Part shown: in pieces, positions 1-11,599 of the stretch
Layout of the letters: each line of letters starts with the position of its first letter
Numbering within the stretch: the first letter of the stretch is position 1
Assembly: GCA_013115145.1 (NCBI GenBank)
Contig: JAAPAO010000219.1
Location: 1 to 51,485, forward strand
DNA length: 51,485 nucleotides
DNA from: Perkinsus chesapeaki ATCC PRA-425
Lineage: Eukaryota; Protista; Perkinsozoa
Direction of reading: 5' to 3'
Notes under the pieces: generated by a model
What the model was told of the DNA's origin: nothing
The model's database searches: none
What the model saw: the letters and a program-made list of their open reading frames with translations, nothing else
Translations under genes and position numbers: made by a program

Positions 1-119
1 TCCCAGGGTATATTGAAGTTACTAAAGCACCTCCCAGGGTATATTGAAGTTACTAAAGCACCTCCCAGGGTATATTGAAGTTACTAAAGCACCTCCCAGG
101 GTATATTGAAGTTACTAAA
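1..119. repeat. 31-bp tandem repeat, ~3.9 copies (truncated by window edge)
   Basis: Unit cctcccagggtatattgaagttactaaagca is repeated at 31-bp period. Confidence 0.95.
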
Positions 120-708
120 CGAGAATCTTAACATAAACTTCGCTCGCCTGTCGAAATAGAAGTTACTATTGTCGAAATAGGCATTGAAAAGGTGTAGTGA
201 CCAAACTTCAGTGCTTGAGCATGAAGCGGTTCCAACCAACTTACAACTCAATTCCAACCATATCCAGTGTATTGTTGTTGTCAACAACTTGTCGATAGTC
301 TTTCGGGTGGTTTTAAAGCAGTCTGCGATCTGTGCAGCTCCGTCTGGGCCATCTAAAGTTTAGATGTTTAGAGTCTAAACCGCCTCGTATGCCGCACACG
401 CTGTACCGCACAGCCTGTACGCATTAGCCCATCACTGATGGGCCATCACATGGTAGAACATAGATTAGGTGACAATTATAAGCAATTTTTTCACGCAGAA
501 ATGGAGCATATTTTTCATTCCTCATTACAAACCAAGTAACGCGTCATTTCGCGTTCTAGTCGACAGCTGGCCGGCGATCGGTGACCTGGCGTCACCCCGC
601 CAGGTGACGCCGAACACAACACCTGTTGTGGGTCCAGATTGGTCCCCATCTTGCTATATTGCTGATCTCCCCACAACTTATTATGTCCTAAGGAATCGCT
701 GTACTTAG

Positions 709-1335
709 TACAGCGATTTCAACTCATTCCTGCATGAGCTGTGCAAGGCAAGAAAGATACGGTCCCTAACTTTCGCAATTTATCTGTCATCGGCTGATGG
801 TCACAAGGGCAAGCTTTTACTGGGTGGCGGTGATCCCAGAGTCTATAAGCATTCACTACGCTACGTCAAGTTCAACAGCCGTAGGGAGTACGAGGTCACA
901 TTGAGTAGCATGCAGGTTGGAGGTGGCTATCTTACTATTGGCATCAACCAGCATCTTCTACTGGATTCCGGGGACGGTTCTATTCGAGTCCCTCAGCTGT
1001 ATTTTGATGATTTAATAGCAAGCATTGCACAGCAAACACCTGAGGTGGGTGGAAGAAGAATTTCCTATACCTGGAATCCCGAGTTGGAGCTCTTTGCATT
1101 CCCATGCGAGTATTATTCTCTCCTGCCACCAATCACATGTTGGCTCGGTAACAAAGGAGATGTCCCTTTAACTCTCACCCACATAAACTAGGTATATTTA
1201 CTAGGTGGATGCTATCTTCTTTTTGGGAAAACTGCAGAATCGTCTTGGTCGTTCGGCGGCGAGACCTTCATTGGCAAGTATTTTGAGTTCCAGCAAGAAA
1301 GCAATCAGGTTGGTATCGCGGAACTATTTGGCTGA
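709..1335 (+). pseudogene. Pepsin-like (A1) aspartic protease C-terminal lobe, pseudogene fragment
   Basis: Frame reads FAIYL..GKLLLGGGDPRVYKHSLRYVK..LLLDSG..ELFAFPC..YFEFQQESNQVGIAEL, colinear with the 45834-46559 protease. In-frame TAG at 1189-1191 where the paralog has NY; no recognisable N-terminal lobe upstream of the TAG at 706-708. Confidence 0.85.
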
Positions 1336-1870
1336 TGTTGACCAGTACTGAACAGTAGACATGTGACCATTGGCATTTAAGCCGATGATCTTGAGCGTAC
1401 TGCCTTCCCTATACCTCAAGGCTTGCTGTAGCGAAGCTTAATTCTTGTCAACCCCAGCTCCAGAGGAGTGCTTAAAGGAGCCAGAAGGCTCATTTGTTGA
1501 GCTATTTTATCTGCATGTTGGACTCCAGCACATTATGTATGGCTGTGGTGTCAGCTGACTCGATGCTGAAGGTAGAAGTAGGCTCTGTTGGTGTATTGTT
1601 TTTTGTTAAAACTCAACACCGTCTAACTCTCTTTCTCGTTGATCTCTTAAGAGTGTGGAGTTTAGTGTCGGAGGCGAAAATAATTTAACGGTCAATGAGT
1701 ACCGAGTAACCCTGGCAGAGTTATTCTTATTTAATACGGAACGGTACGTAAAAGAAAGTGACAATATCATCCACTTCAGATGATGAACGACATGATACTG
1801 AGTTTGCCCTCTACCGAACGAATTACCAATGCTCGAGGGTTGAATATAAACGCAACACACGAAGGTAAAG

Positions 1871-4800
1871 TCATGTCGACACCTCAACTGAACACAGAGA
1901 GCCGGCAGCTGGCTCAGCTCTCCATTGCCAAACATCAGCTATAGGCCTTGAATTCTCGTCATATCCTCCCAAAACAACAAACGAGTCATTGCCTATCCTT
2001 GTGAGCGCTGCGTGATACCTGACAGTCTCATTCGGAGGTGTGATGCCCACTTCTGAAATACCTTTTGGTCAGAGGGCCAGCCTGTGTGATTCTTGACCAT
2101 CTCTCATCCTCGTAGCACCATACATCGCTGAAGAGTGTCTCAGATCCACTTAGTTGCACCGAAACCGAACGGCCAACAATTAACGTTTCTATCGACTTAG
2201 ATGCTTTGCCAAAGCCACCAAAAATCAGAACCTGTCGAAACTAACCGTCCCAAGATGGTTGACTCGTTGAGAGGTGATTACTGCGTCAGCGCCCCACTCG
2301 TTAGCGCTATAGAGGTTTATAGAGCTTAATCCATACCGTGGATCCCAGGGCGCTGCTGTTAGCTGTTCCCAAATACCTACGAGGTCTTTCTTTGTTGATC
2401 TCCAAGGACTAGGGTACCCTTCCAGGCGACAGTGCAAATTTGGGCAGGGTGAGAAGTCTGTTTCCATTTCCACACCTCATTCGTGAATGACCCGTCGAAG
2501 CCACCAAACAGCAGGACCTGCTGCCATTCATAGAATGCTTTCGATAGGCTTTATAACCATACAGAGCCATCCATTAGCTCAGTTGCTGTTGCTCCACTCC
2601 TTGCAGAGAAGGGTGCTTTCGCTGTTAGTGAGACCCATTGACCTTGGAGCGACGGACGACAGGTTCTCTGAACATATATCGTTGACTATCTACTAGCTTC
2701 TGCCCGACCATTGAGCAGACGAGTGGGAAAGAAAACTACGTATTGCACGAACGGCGTTGTACTCACAGTTCCTGTTATAACAGCTTCACAATCAACTTCG
2801 AATTGAGCCAGATACCTGCAAAATTATCAATAATTTCCAGTAGGATGCACGAGGAAAATCGAGTTATACTCAAACAACTCATAACCTCCTCATGTGTATA
2901 AAGATATTGTTTTTAATTGGTAAAGTTCAAGTTGACACTGACCAAATACTCAAACCGAAGAATGTGCTCGAACAACTAAACTTCTGAAATGTGCCGTAAG
3001 TTGACCTACTTACTCGTTTTCGATAGCATACAAGTCTTCGGCAGCTGGCCCGTTCATGCTGTAGTCACTCTGCTGATGTGAACACGTAAAGGGTATCCAT
3101 CGCCAAACGTCGCCCAGTCTGCCTTCATGCTGTCCTCCGATGAGCATCACTGTGCCATCTAAGTGTGTAACTCATAGTTTGTTATAGCCCTGCTTGAAAC
3201 CTCTCAATGGCAGAGTGGCAACTTGTGTTCTCTCCTCCCACGGAGCCGGGCTCGCCAGTTCTGTCCACATTCCCGCCTGCATTGTTATACTATGGTTTCT
3301 AGCACGCATCATTCTGGGCGTCACTGAAGTCCACGGTTCCTAACGTTTGAGGTCAGCTTCAAGCCGAGTACAGCGTGTATGTTGTTAAAGGGCTACCTGC
3401 CATGCTGCAAAATGAATGGCATTTAGACCAACTTCGGTGCCCGAGTGTACTTCTGGAAGACTCATAGTAACCAAGTCATTTCCTGAAGACTTGACGTGGT
3501 TAATAACCACCAGATTTGCTCACCGTCAAGAACCAGCTGGAGCTGTAACGTGTCCCAGTGGAAATCGACGGCTATTCTGTACCAGAAGTCATACAGTATT
3601 AAATTAGGGGGGGTCATCCATGTACCTTTTAATATGAAGCATCACTCCGAGAAAGGCGGTATCTTAGGAACACAGATAGTACGTGAGCAGGCCATTTGCT
3701 ATACACGAGCGAGTCTTATAGCGAATGGAACTAGCCGTACTTATCACACAGCCGGTGAGCTGTAGTCTTCCTTCCACTGTGGTGCGGAGTTGAACCTAAC
3801 AATCACACAGCATAGATTAAGAGACACCGCCTAAGTGGCTTGGCGAGCCTCCCCGACTCCAAGGGGGGACTCCCGTAGCTAGATTCTCTACCCAGTGGTT
3901 TTGTGCGTCACTAATACAGAGATAATCTCGAACGCATTTCCACAAAAAGACCCTCAGAATTGAATATCTCTTCATCCCTTACTGTGCAATTGATAGAGCC
4001 TATCTCGAAGCTGAGGGCTAATGCATCCAAGCTGCCACCAGATATCCTGAGGGATCACATTTTGCTGGCTCAGTTAAGACACGCGATCTTGCTACTTACA
4101 TCACGTTAGTCTCGAATCTCCTACATCTTTGTAATGTTGGATCAATGATAATTCGTCTCCCTACTGGGCCAGCGTCAGTTATGCCTGAAGGCACGTGGTT
4201 CAGCAGTAGACCAGGCTATCAGAAGTATCAACGTTTTCCACCGGTTTACGCTGACTCAATCTTATGTGGCTCCGAGAGGATCGGCGTTCAACCAGTAGCA
4301 TACCGACAAACCACAGTCTACTACTACTATGAGTACGACTAACTACAACTAACTACAACCAACTACAGCTAACTAGAAGTGCACAAGGCAAGATGCGGTG
4401 AACTGGAGTCTGACTAAGTCCAAAGGGCGTCGGACAATAAACTGGAACAACAACAACACACCACAGTAGCAGGTTATGGCAAGTACTATTTCTTTTATAT
4501 GGGTTCGTCAAGCGGGACTCTGTTTCTTACGAAGCGCACACGTACATTCGATAAGACTGTTATCGACGCTGCATCCTCGTGGGTCAACACCGAGCAGCTG
4601 AGATCGAGCACTCATGATCTAAAAAAGATGGAAGCGCGCTCAACGTCAGTAACGGGGGGGCGAACCCTGAGAGACAACAACTTGTGATAGTGCTACGTTG
4701 AGTTGCCTTCGGAGCGGCTCGCGTGTCCACAGCCACACATCGTTCTTCATTTCGCCAGCAAAACCTCCGAGTAGCATAACCTGCTGAGCACGTCCTGCTC

Positions 4801-6594
4801 ATAAAGTAAAGGCTGCTAGTCGACAAGAAGAAACCAGAAGAACTATTTTTAATTCGTCTTCGGTAGCGGAATATAGTGGCGAAATATAACTGAGAGACAC
4901 CAAATTCAGGGCAGCCAGGAGATTATGATGCCAAAGCCAGATTTATGCACCGACGCTGGTTCCCAGTATCAGCTCCACCACCTTCACCATATCTGAATAG
5001 TCTCACATGGTCTCTGCTACTGGCATCCGCAACACGAACGGCACTGTGGCCGAGTCGAGGAGACCAAGGTGTACCCGCGGCCGGCAATTTAAACTCTTTC
5101 CAGGACCCTCCTCGAGCATCATAAGTATCCGGTGGACCGAAGTCACGGGTAACTAATACAAACTGATGGATGGTGATGATGCCGGATGCCTGTGAAGCCT
5201 CTAAAACAATTTATCGTATCGTAGCATTCTGTTCAAAGATGAGCAATATGTTTATGTAGTGAAACTGGAATTTGCTCCATGACAAACAGCTGTTCTCACG
5301 GTTATCATCCAACTGTGAGTTCCTACTGGGAGGGTACCATAGCCACACGTCATTCTTGCGCGAAGTCGTGTCGAAGCCACCTGATGAGCGAAGCTGCGGT
5401 GCTCTATTTTCTAAAGCACGGCCCCACCAAGGAGCAGGATTGCACCGTCGCTGAGGGTAACGGCTTGCGCTTGCGATCTTGGTGTCGGTGGGAATACAGG
5501 CGTTATCTACGGAGTAGAAGTAGCTCAGGTGAGTCACACTAGGTAGATAAATAAGTAACGAATAATATCATAAGAGCAACCTATCAAATTGCCTTGTGGG
5601 ATCAGAGACATTAAAGCTCGACATCGACTGGCTCTCACCTCGGTCCACTGTGGTTCACACCCATCAGTTTCAGTAACCAAAGAACCTTCGACACACCTTA
5701 TTCTTATGACACCTCTATAATTCTCATTCACCGATCCACACAATCTCTCACCTGCACGACTGCCAATATTAAGGACTGATATGAGCTTGATAAACGGCTT
5801 GAAATTAATACATTCTGGACGCCGCTTAGAGTCACTCCTGTGAGATTTAGCGATTCCCAGAACTGGTTATGACGTGCACAGGTACGGTACGCGGCTTACT
5901 GTAGGCACGGTCAGGTGCATCCGATATATCATCCCATGGACTAGAACTGATCATCTCAAAGGGGGGTGTAACTGTGCCAGTAACAGGACCTAGCGTCACA
6001 GACGCCGATCTGTAGATACCACAAGTTTGGCCTGACATGAACACTTCATGTTCGACTGGTCTGGAGCACGAACCGGTGCAGTTGACAGCGGCGCTCAACT
6101 TGCCATCTGTACAACTTAGCGTGATAATGCCGGACCATCCAGTCTTAATACTGGAACACTGACGGTTCTGGTATTGGCCTAAGGATAAATAGGTCCAACG
6201 AAGCCCGGTCACTAAAATGGAGATCAGGCATAGCAGGAGTTCATTGAAGTGTCGTACGATCTCAGGTGAATACAGAGGACTCTCCAAATTGCAGCATCCC
6301 TGGTGACCACAGCTCGCCTCTCCCAATTTAAGAGCTCTCTTGACTAGCGAGGAAAAAGATCTCTGATTTCGGCTTGACTTGCGATGGTAAGGCGCATACG
6401 AGCGATTACGTTGTTGTCCAGCATAGCGTTATGTTACGATCGACGAGCTTACCATGCAAGAGTTCACTTGTTGCAGAAATATACTGTTCTACTCCACCCA
6501 CATTTACGTTGACTGCAAGAGATGTTCTACACGGTAGCTCCCCACTGTAAACTGTATGAAGGAAGACGAACACCAATGATTGACTTATGCTCAT
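1871..6594 (-). CDS. Multi-exon secreted protein: signal peptide, Cys-rich repeats, Kelch repeats
   Basis: ATG 6594 gives MSISQSLVFVFLHTVYS-GELPC. Cys repeats: CSSIKTGWSGIITLSCTDGKL and CGSVNENYRGVIRIRCVEGSL. Kelch motifs in spliced exons: DGAILLLGGFDTTSRKNDVWLW, PWSPRLGHSAV, APFSARSG..VLLFGGFDGSFTNEVWKW, APWDPRYG, RYHAALTRIGNDSFVVLGGYDENSRPIADVWQW. ~45-nt GT-AG introns. Exact exon set and stop uncertain. Confidence 0.75.
4336..4376. repeat. Short ~10-bp tandem repeat (aactacaact-like), probably intronic
   Basis: cgactaactacaactaactacaaccaactacagctaactag. Confidence 0.6.
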
Positions 6595-6670
6595 GTGAAA
6601 TGAAACTGATCTCTTTAGAGTATGCAACACGCCTAGTTATCCCTGCACTACGACACGATGACTGCTCGAC

Positions 6671-6768
6671 TACACCTTTCAAAGCCTAGTTCGACAATAG
6701 TAGCTTCGATTTCTACGAGCTATCGAAATTGAAGTTACTATTGTCGAGATAGGCTTTGGAAAGGTGTA
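6671..6768. repeat. Long imperfect inverted repeat (~43-bp arms); a homologous single arm lies at 151-197
   Basis: tacacctttcaaagcctagttcgacaatagtagcttcgatttc pairs with gaaattgaagttactattgtcgagataggctttggaaaggtgta. Confidence 0.85.
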
Positions 6769-7170
6769 CTCGTTTGCTCATCCATCAGTATTGAGCTTCG
6801 AACTACTGTCCGGTAACCAGTATCTAAGCGAGGTTCCTAATTAAAGGAGATCAAAGTATGAAATATCACTTCGTGTCAGAATTGTGCAGTGGTATTTTTG
6901 CCTGGTTTACGGTATCAGTATGCCACAAGAACAACGATAGTCGCGACTAGGTGGTTCTCACATTAACAGCTCACTCCTGGATGGCTTGGTTAACCACCAT
7001 GACTCTGCTCCAACACAACAACATGAGTAATAAAAATACTAACCTTACATATAATTTGATGAAAAGGAGTCCAAAGACGACACAGGCGGGTATCAAACCG
7101 GCGGTAGACTACAAAAATGAGGTTGCACTTCAGTAGCGTCGCAATTTTGGTAGAAGCTCATCCAAACGCA

Positions 7171-8646
7171 TCATCGCAGATTGGCAGGCAGATCGGACGT
7201 GAACGTCTGTTGCACGATGATAGTAGACAAAAGTGACAGAGAGAGGGTGAAGGCCCATTGGAGACTTCCGGAAGGGCCCCCATCAGAGATCAGTAGTTGG
7301 GACGGCATTTGGCAGTCGAAGAGCAGGCTGTTAAGCTCTTCAGAGTTGTAGAAGACGAAAAAACTTACAATGACGAGGCAGCAGCGACGTACGTAGTGTA
7401 AGAACGAACCCTTAGAGCTGGCTAGCTTACTCCCAATGACCATCAATAAAGAGGTACGACAACACACAAGACTCAAAAGCAACATGGCGCCAAGGGACTT
7501 GACTACTGCAATGGGTACATCATGAAGTACACCAGCGGGATATGTGCTTAAGGAGATCTCATTCAAATATAACACTTGTTGAGCAAGAATGCGAACGATC
7601 GCACTACAAGAAAGAAGTATATAAGGCAGCGATAGGACACGTAACGCGGTCTCAGATACAAGCCAAGGAGGTAGATCATTATCACTCTCAGGCCTCATCC
7701 AGATACCGCGTAGGACAGCATCGAAATTTTTCAGGGAACCATAAGAATCAACAATCTTTTTTTTGAGAGCAACCTCGTCACCGCGGTCTGAGCACTTGGC
7801 CTGATCGCTATCAACATTCTTCAGAGATTGGTAAAACTCTTGTGCTTCATCACCAACCCTGTATGCGCCTTCAGCGGTGGAAACCACCATTACCAACCAC
7901 ATGAGAAATCGTACAGCGCGAAGAGGATAGAGATCCTCTCCCCAGAGTAATACAAGACACACTAGAGTGTTAGACATAAATATATAGGCGAAGTCACATG
8001 TCAGCATAACACAACAGATTAACATATGCTTCATATGAACTGTTACAACATCCTCTATTGAATGAGTTTCAAGGAACACCGCCAACTCATAAATACACCA
8101 AAGTCTATCAACATAGTCTGAAGACCATAAGATAATAAGCTTATCAGAGCGACGGACATATTCTGACAACATTGATATGCCGTGCACTCCCCCAATGGGG
8201 TCTGCTTCGGTTATACAACATTTGTCTAGAAATGCTATTAGGCGCCTACGGTGCAATAATGGTGCAACAATAAGGACGCATAGAAGACCGGTAAAGCTGA
8301 AAGCAACGATAAAAGTATCCAGACACCACCTCGGCGAGCACGCAAGTGTGAGGCTTGTCATGGCCAGGGTAGAGAGGACCATAATTTTAGTAGCAAACAA
8401 GACGTAGAACGACATCACAACAGACAGGTGCTTCTCAGGACCACTAGCAGACCAAGAGTGGCTCAGAAACACGTCCAGCTGCTGAACGTCAGAAGTATAC
8501 GGCAACTCATTTGGAGCCCTGTCTTTTTCAAGGAGCATCGACCTGTTCCAAACGATACCCGATAGTGAGGCACCTCGGAGGTTGAAGGAGATTCTGCCCC
8601 GAGGCTCGACGGAACTCCGTAGATCACTGTGTAACAACATGGACAT
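7171..8646 (-). CDS. Intronless multi-pass membrane protein with TIR-like domain (~491 aa from first ATG)
   Basis: DVFLSHSW (TIR box 1), AFLDKCCI, SDKLIILWSSDYVDRLWCIYEL (betaC-alphaC with catalytic-position Glu), and several hydrophobic helices. The track ORF start at 8697 is non-ATG. Confidence 0.8.
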   Translation of the reverse strand: MSMLLHSDLRSSVEPRGRISFNLRGASLSGIVWNRSMLLEKDRAPNELPYTSDVQQLDVFLSHSWSASGPEKHLSVVMSFYVLFATKIMVLSTLAMTSLTLACSPRWCLDTFIVAFSFTGLLCVLIVAPLLHRRRLIAFLDKCCITEADPIGGVHGISMLSEYVRRSDKLIILWSSDYVDRLWCIYELAVFLETHSIEDVVTVHMKHMLICCVMLTCDFAYIFMSNTLVCLVLLWGEDLYPLRAVRFLMWLVMVVSTAEGAYRVGDEAQEFYQSLKNVDSDQAKCSDRGDEVALKKKIVDSYGSLKNFDAVLRGIWMRPESDNDLPPWLVSETALRVLSLPYILLSCSAIVRILAQQVLYLNEISLSTYPAGVLHDVPIAVVKSLGAMLLLSLVCCRTSLLMVIGSKLASSKGSFLHYVRRCCLVIVSFFVFYNSEELNSLLFDCQMPSQLLISDGGPSGSLQWAFTLSLSLLSTIIVQQTFTSDLPANLR

Positions 8647-11599
8647 TATCCAGAAAGTCCTTGAAGGCCGGGAATAAGCTGCCAAGGGAGTCACCAAAAG
8701 ACCTGCTAAAGAGGCGTCCTTTCCTCAGGAAGCAGATTTTCCCACCCTATTGGCGCTTAGCTACCGTCTATTCGCCAAATGTAGTGATTGCGCCACGGGA
8801 CCGACTATCGGCGATATTTCAAGGTCGATGCACAAGAAAGGGTTTGCATCATCAGGAAAGCCTTCTCCAGCTCAGTTGCAAGAGCATTTCTTCCGTAAGA
8901 CTGGATAAGGGCCTCACAGCTTACTGAGGAAGCCCTATTCGAAGTTGTGACATACCTGCACGCATACGCAATATCCGCTATTAGTGGTCACCCGTATTTG
9001 ATCGGAACTAGGGCCTAATGTAGCGTCACCGTGTCGGAGGAGCGTTAGGCACGTAAGGAAGACATAACATAGTAACCAAGGGCTTTCAGAGCCTATTGTC
9101 GAGCGAATACATCATGGCCTTTAGCTAAGTTCCTTCTGGAAGGGCAGCGATACGCCCTATTCTCGAGGGAACCACCTGAGTAGTTGCTAGGATCTGTATT
9201 TAAGCGGACCGACGAAGAGTCGCAACTTGCAGTGGGATATTTTTATCATGTACCGTTTCTTAAGGGTATTAGAAGTTGCGAAAATGTCTTCCTTGAGGAA
9301 TCATTCCTCCTCAGTTTATCACCAGAAATACCGAAGACTCCTCCGTGACAGGTGCTTACTGCCTGATACGCCGCCTCACAGCCTTAGGGCTTGAATCACC
9401 GCCTTATGAGAGAAGAGTCTCAAATCATGTGGACCCCGTTCGAACAAAGCAAGAATCAAACACTTCTTCCCACTCGGTCACCAATGCTAATTTGCAACTG
9501 CGCGTTATGTCACGTTACTATGTGGTATCCGACGAATGATATTGAGGGTCTATGAGGAACCTGGACGTGATTGCAGTACCATGCGTCTCAATCGCTTGTG
9601 GAGCTCCCGTGACGCTTTTCTTAGGGAATGCCGAATGACGGTATTTAAATTACAATAGACTAAGTTATGAAAGCAGGACCTCTCCACCAAGCCTTGGTGG
9701 CCAAGGTATCCCTAGTTTACAGTAGCATGCGCGATAGGATTATGTCGTGGGGGGATCATAGACTTTTCCCACTCGACCAATATAAAATTATAAATAGCAA
9801 ACTTTCGTACCGGTAGCATCAGTGATACCTACCATTGCAGCAACACGGGTGTGATACAATGCCACAGCAGCTTCACGTGAGAGCTTCCTTCAGGCCCTTG
9901 ACTGTACCTCCCCAGTTTATGAGGATGGTGGCTCGTCGAGTCTGACGATGCGATATAGTGTTATGGTACACTATGTGTCTTTAGTAGCTAGACTTAAGGG
10001 AGCTTTCTGTATTGGGATGGTCCCCTTGCACCCTGCTGGAAACGAGTATACTCCTACGACTACGATAATTCAGGTAACTATTCCAATCAGCTCTCGTAAG
10101 GTGTAAGATATCGTAGTTTTCCAGTGTTCACTATACCGCAGTCACTAACTTCGGATTGAAACGGTCTTTAATTACGAGCAATCATGATACAGCAATCACG
10201 TCTCCCTGCTCTAAGGCTACTAACATTTTACCTGCATTTCGGGTGAAACGATTGCACGTCAGTGCAGAGATGCAAAAAATGGGTTCGCCCCCGCAGACCA
10301 CCAAAATCTGAGCTGAATTGCAAGAATCCTAGAGAAGGACATCAACTGTTGCCACTTCTTTCACTTTTCCTACAAATCCTCCACCTTGAAAAGTAATACA
10401 ACCGGCGCGACCACCAAGTCGAACAAAGGTCCACTCGAACCGAAGGTCGTTTATAGAGATTCAATATTGATATTTTGCATCTCCTCATCGTTTTTCGTTG
10501 TCCATGAGCCATCGTGCATGGTTCCCTCGAACCGTCGACACAACTTTCGTACTCATAACAATGTTCCCATTCTGCTTCACAGTTTTACTGCACAAAACTG
10601 GGTGTTCTTTCAGGAGACTCCACTTCATGACCTTGCTGTTATTATCGCGATTTTCAGGGGACCATCAGAGGCGCACTATTACTATGCTTCGATCTAGTTG
10701 TGCTGATGCTACACTATTACGAGCTCAAGCGGGATTGGCCGCGTTGCCATTCGGTGCACCATACAGCAACAGTATAGATGTTAAACAGGGGTCGTTCAAT
10801 CAACCGATTTTGAAATTCAGAGTCGATTTCAGAACTGCTTTTTACACATAGAATGCGATGCTAGAATAAGTTCAATGAAAATGGGTAAACTCTCGTAAGT
10901 TGCGTAGTACGCCCAGTTCGAGCAATACACTTCCGGACTATAAACTCAACAACCACCCGCATCGCCGCATCGAACAACGTGTCACACCGCACAAGTATCA
11001 TTCCAGCAAACTACACCCTTCATACCGAACACTATGCAGGCGAGGGGAACTAAAGCCGTGGCACTCAGGAGTCAACAGAGGTTCACTTATTTTGCTGCTA
11101 AGCAATTCTTAGTTGTTCCGTGAAACTGACAGAAGGACTGCCGATTATAACTCCTAAACTGGCCGAACCGACAGAAATTCCATCCAACTTGTGGAACCGC
11201 AGGGGAAAATAAGGTCAGAGGAAGAGGCTCTTCCGGAGGGCATTTGGGTCCTCACAGTATGTCTGACATACTATTTCTTATCATTTATCAGCCGCCTTTA
11301 GCTCGACACCCTTCCTTGTCGTGAAATTATGACCGATCGTACAATATGTTCGTCCTATTCGTGCCCGATTACTCCTCACTTCCTGTGCGCGTCTCGATTG
11401 ACCTTTTAAACTGCGAACTCAACCGCCTATCCATCCAGCTGTGGGGAAAAGTGTTTTACAAAAATGGGACGTAGTAGAAATTTTGAGAGAGAATATGTCG
11501 CTAGAGCACGGAGCGACATCAGATACCTTCCTCGTCCAATCGACGTTCCTCTATGTCTCCCGAAACCCAACCCGTCCCTTCTCGTTGAAACGTTATATT

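Noticed and set aside
84-287. FNIP-like motif (SNFNIPWEVL)
   Set aside because: It derives from a 31-bp non-triplet tandem repeat, so it is not a coding repeat.
8700-11400. Possible degraded gene or retroelement remnants
   Set aside because: Only short ORFs with no recognisable motif; cannot be supported without a search.
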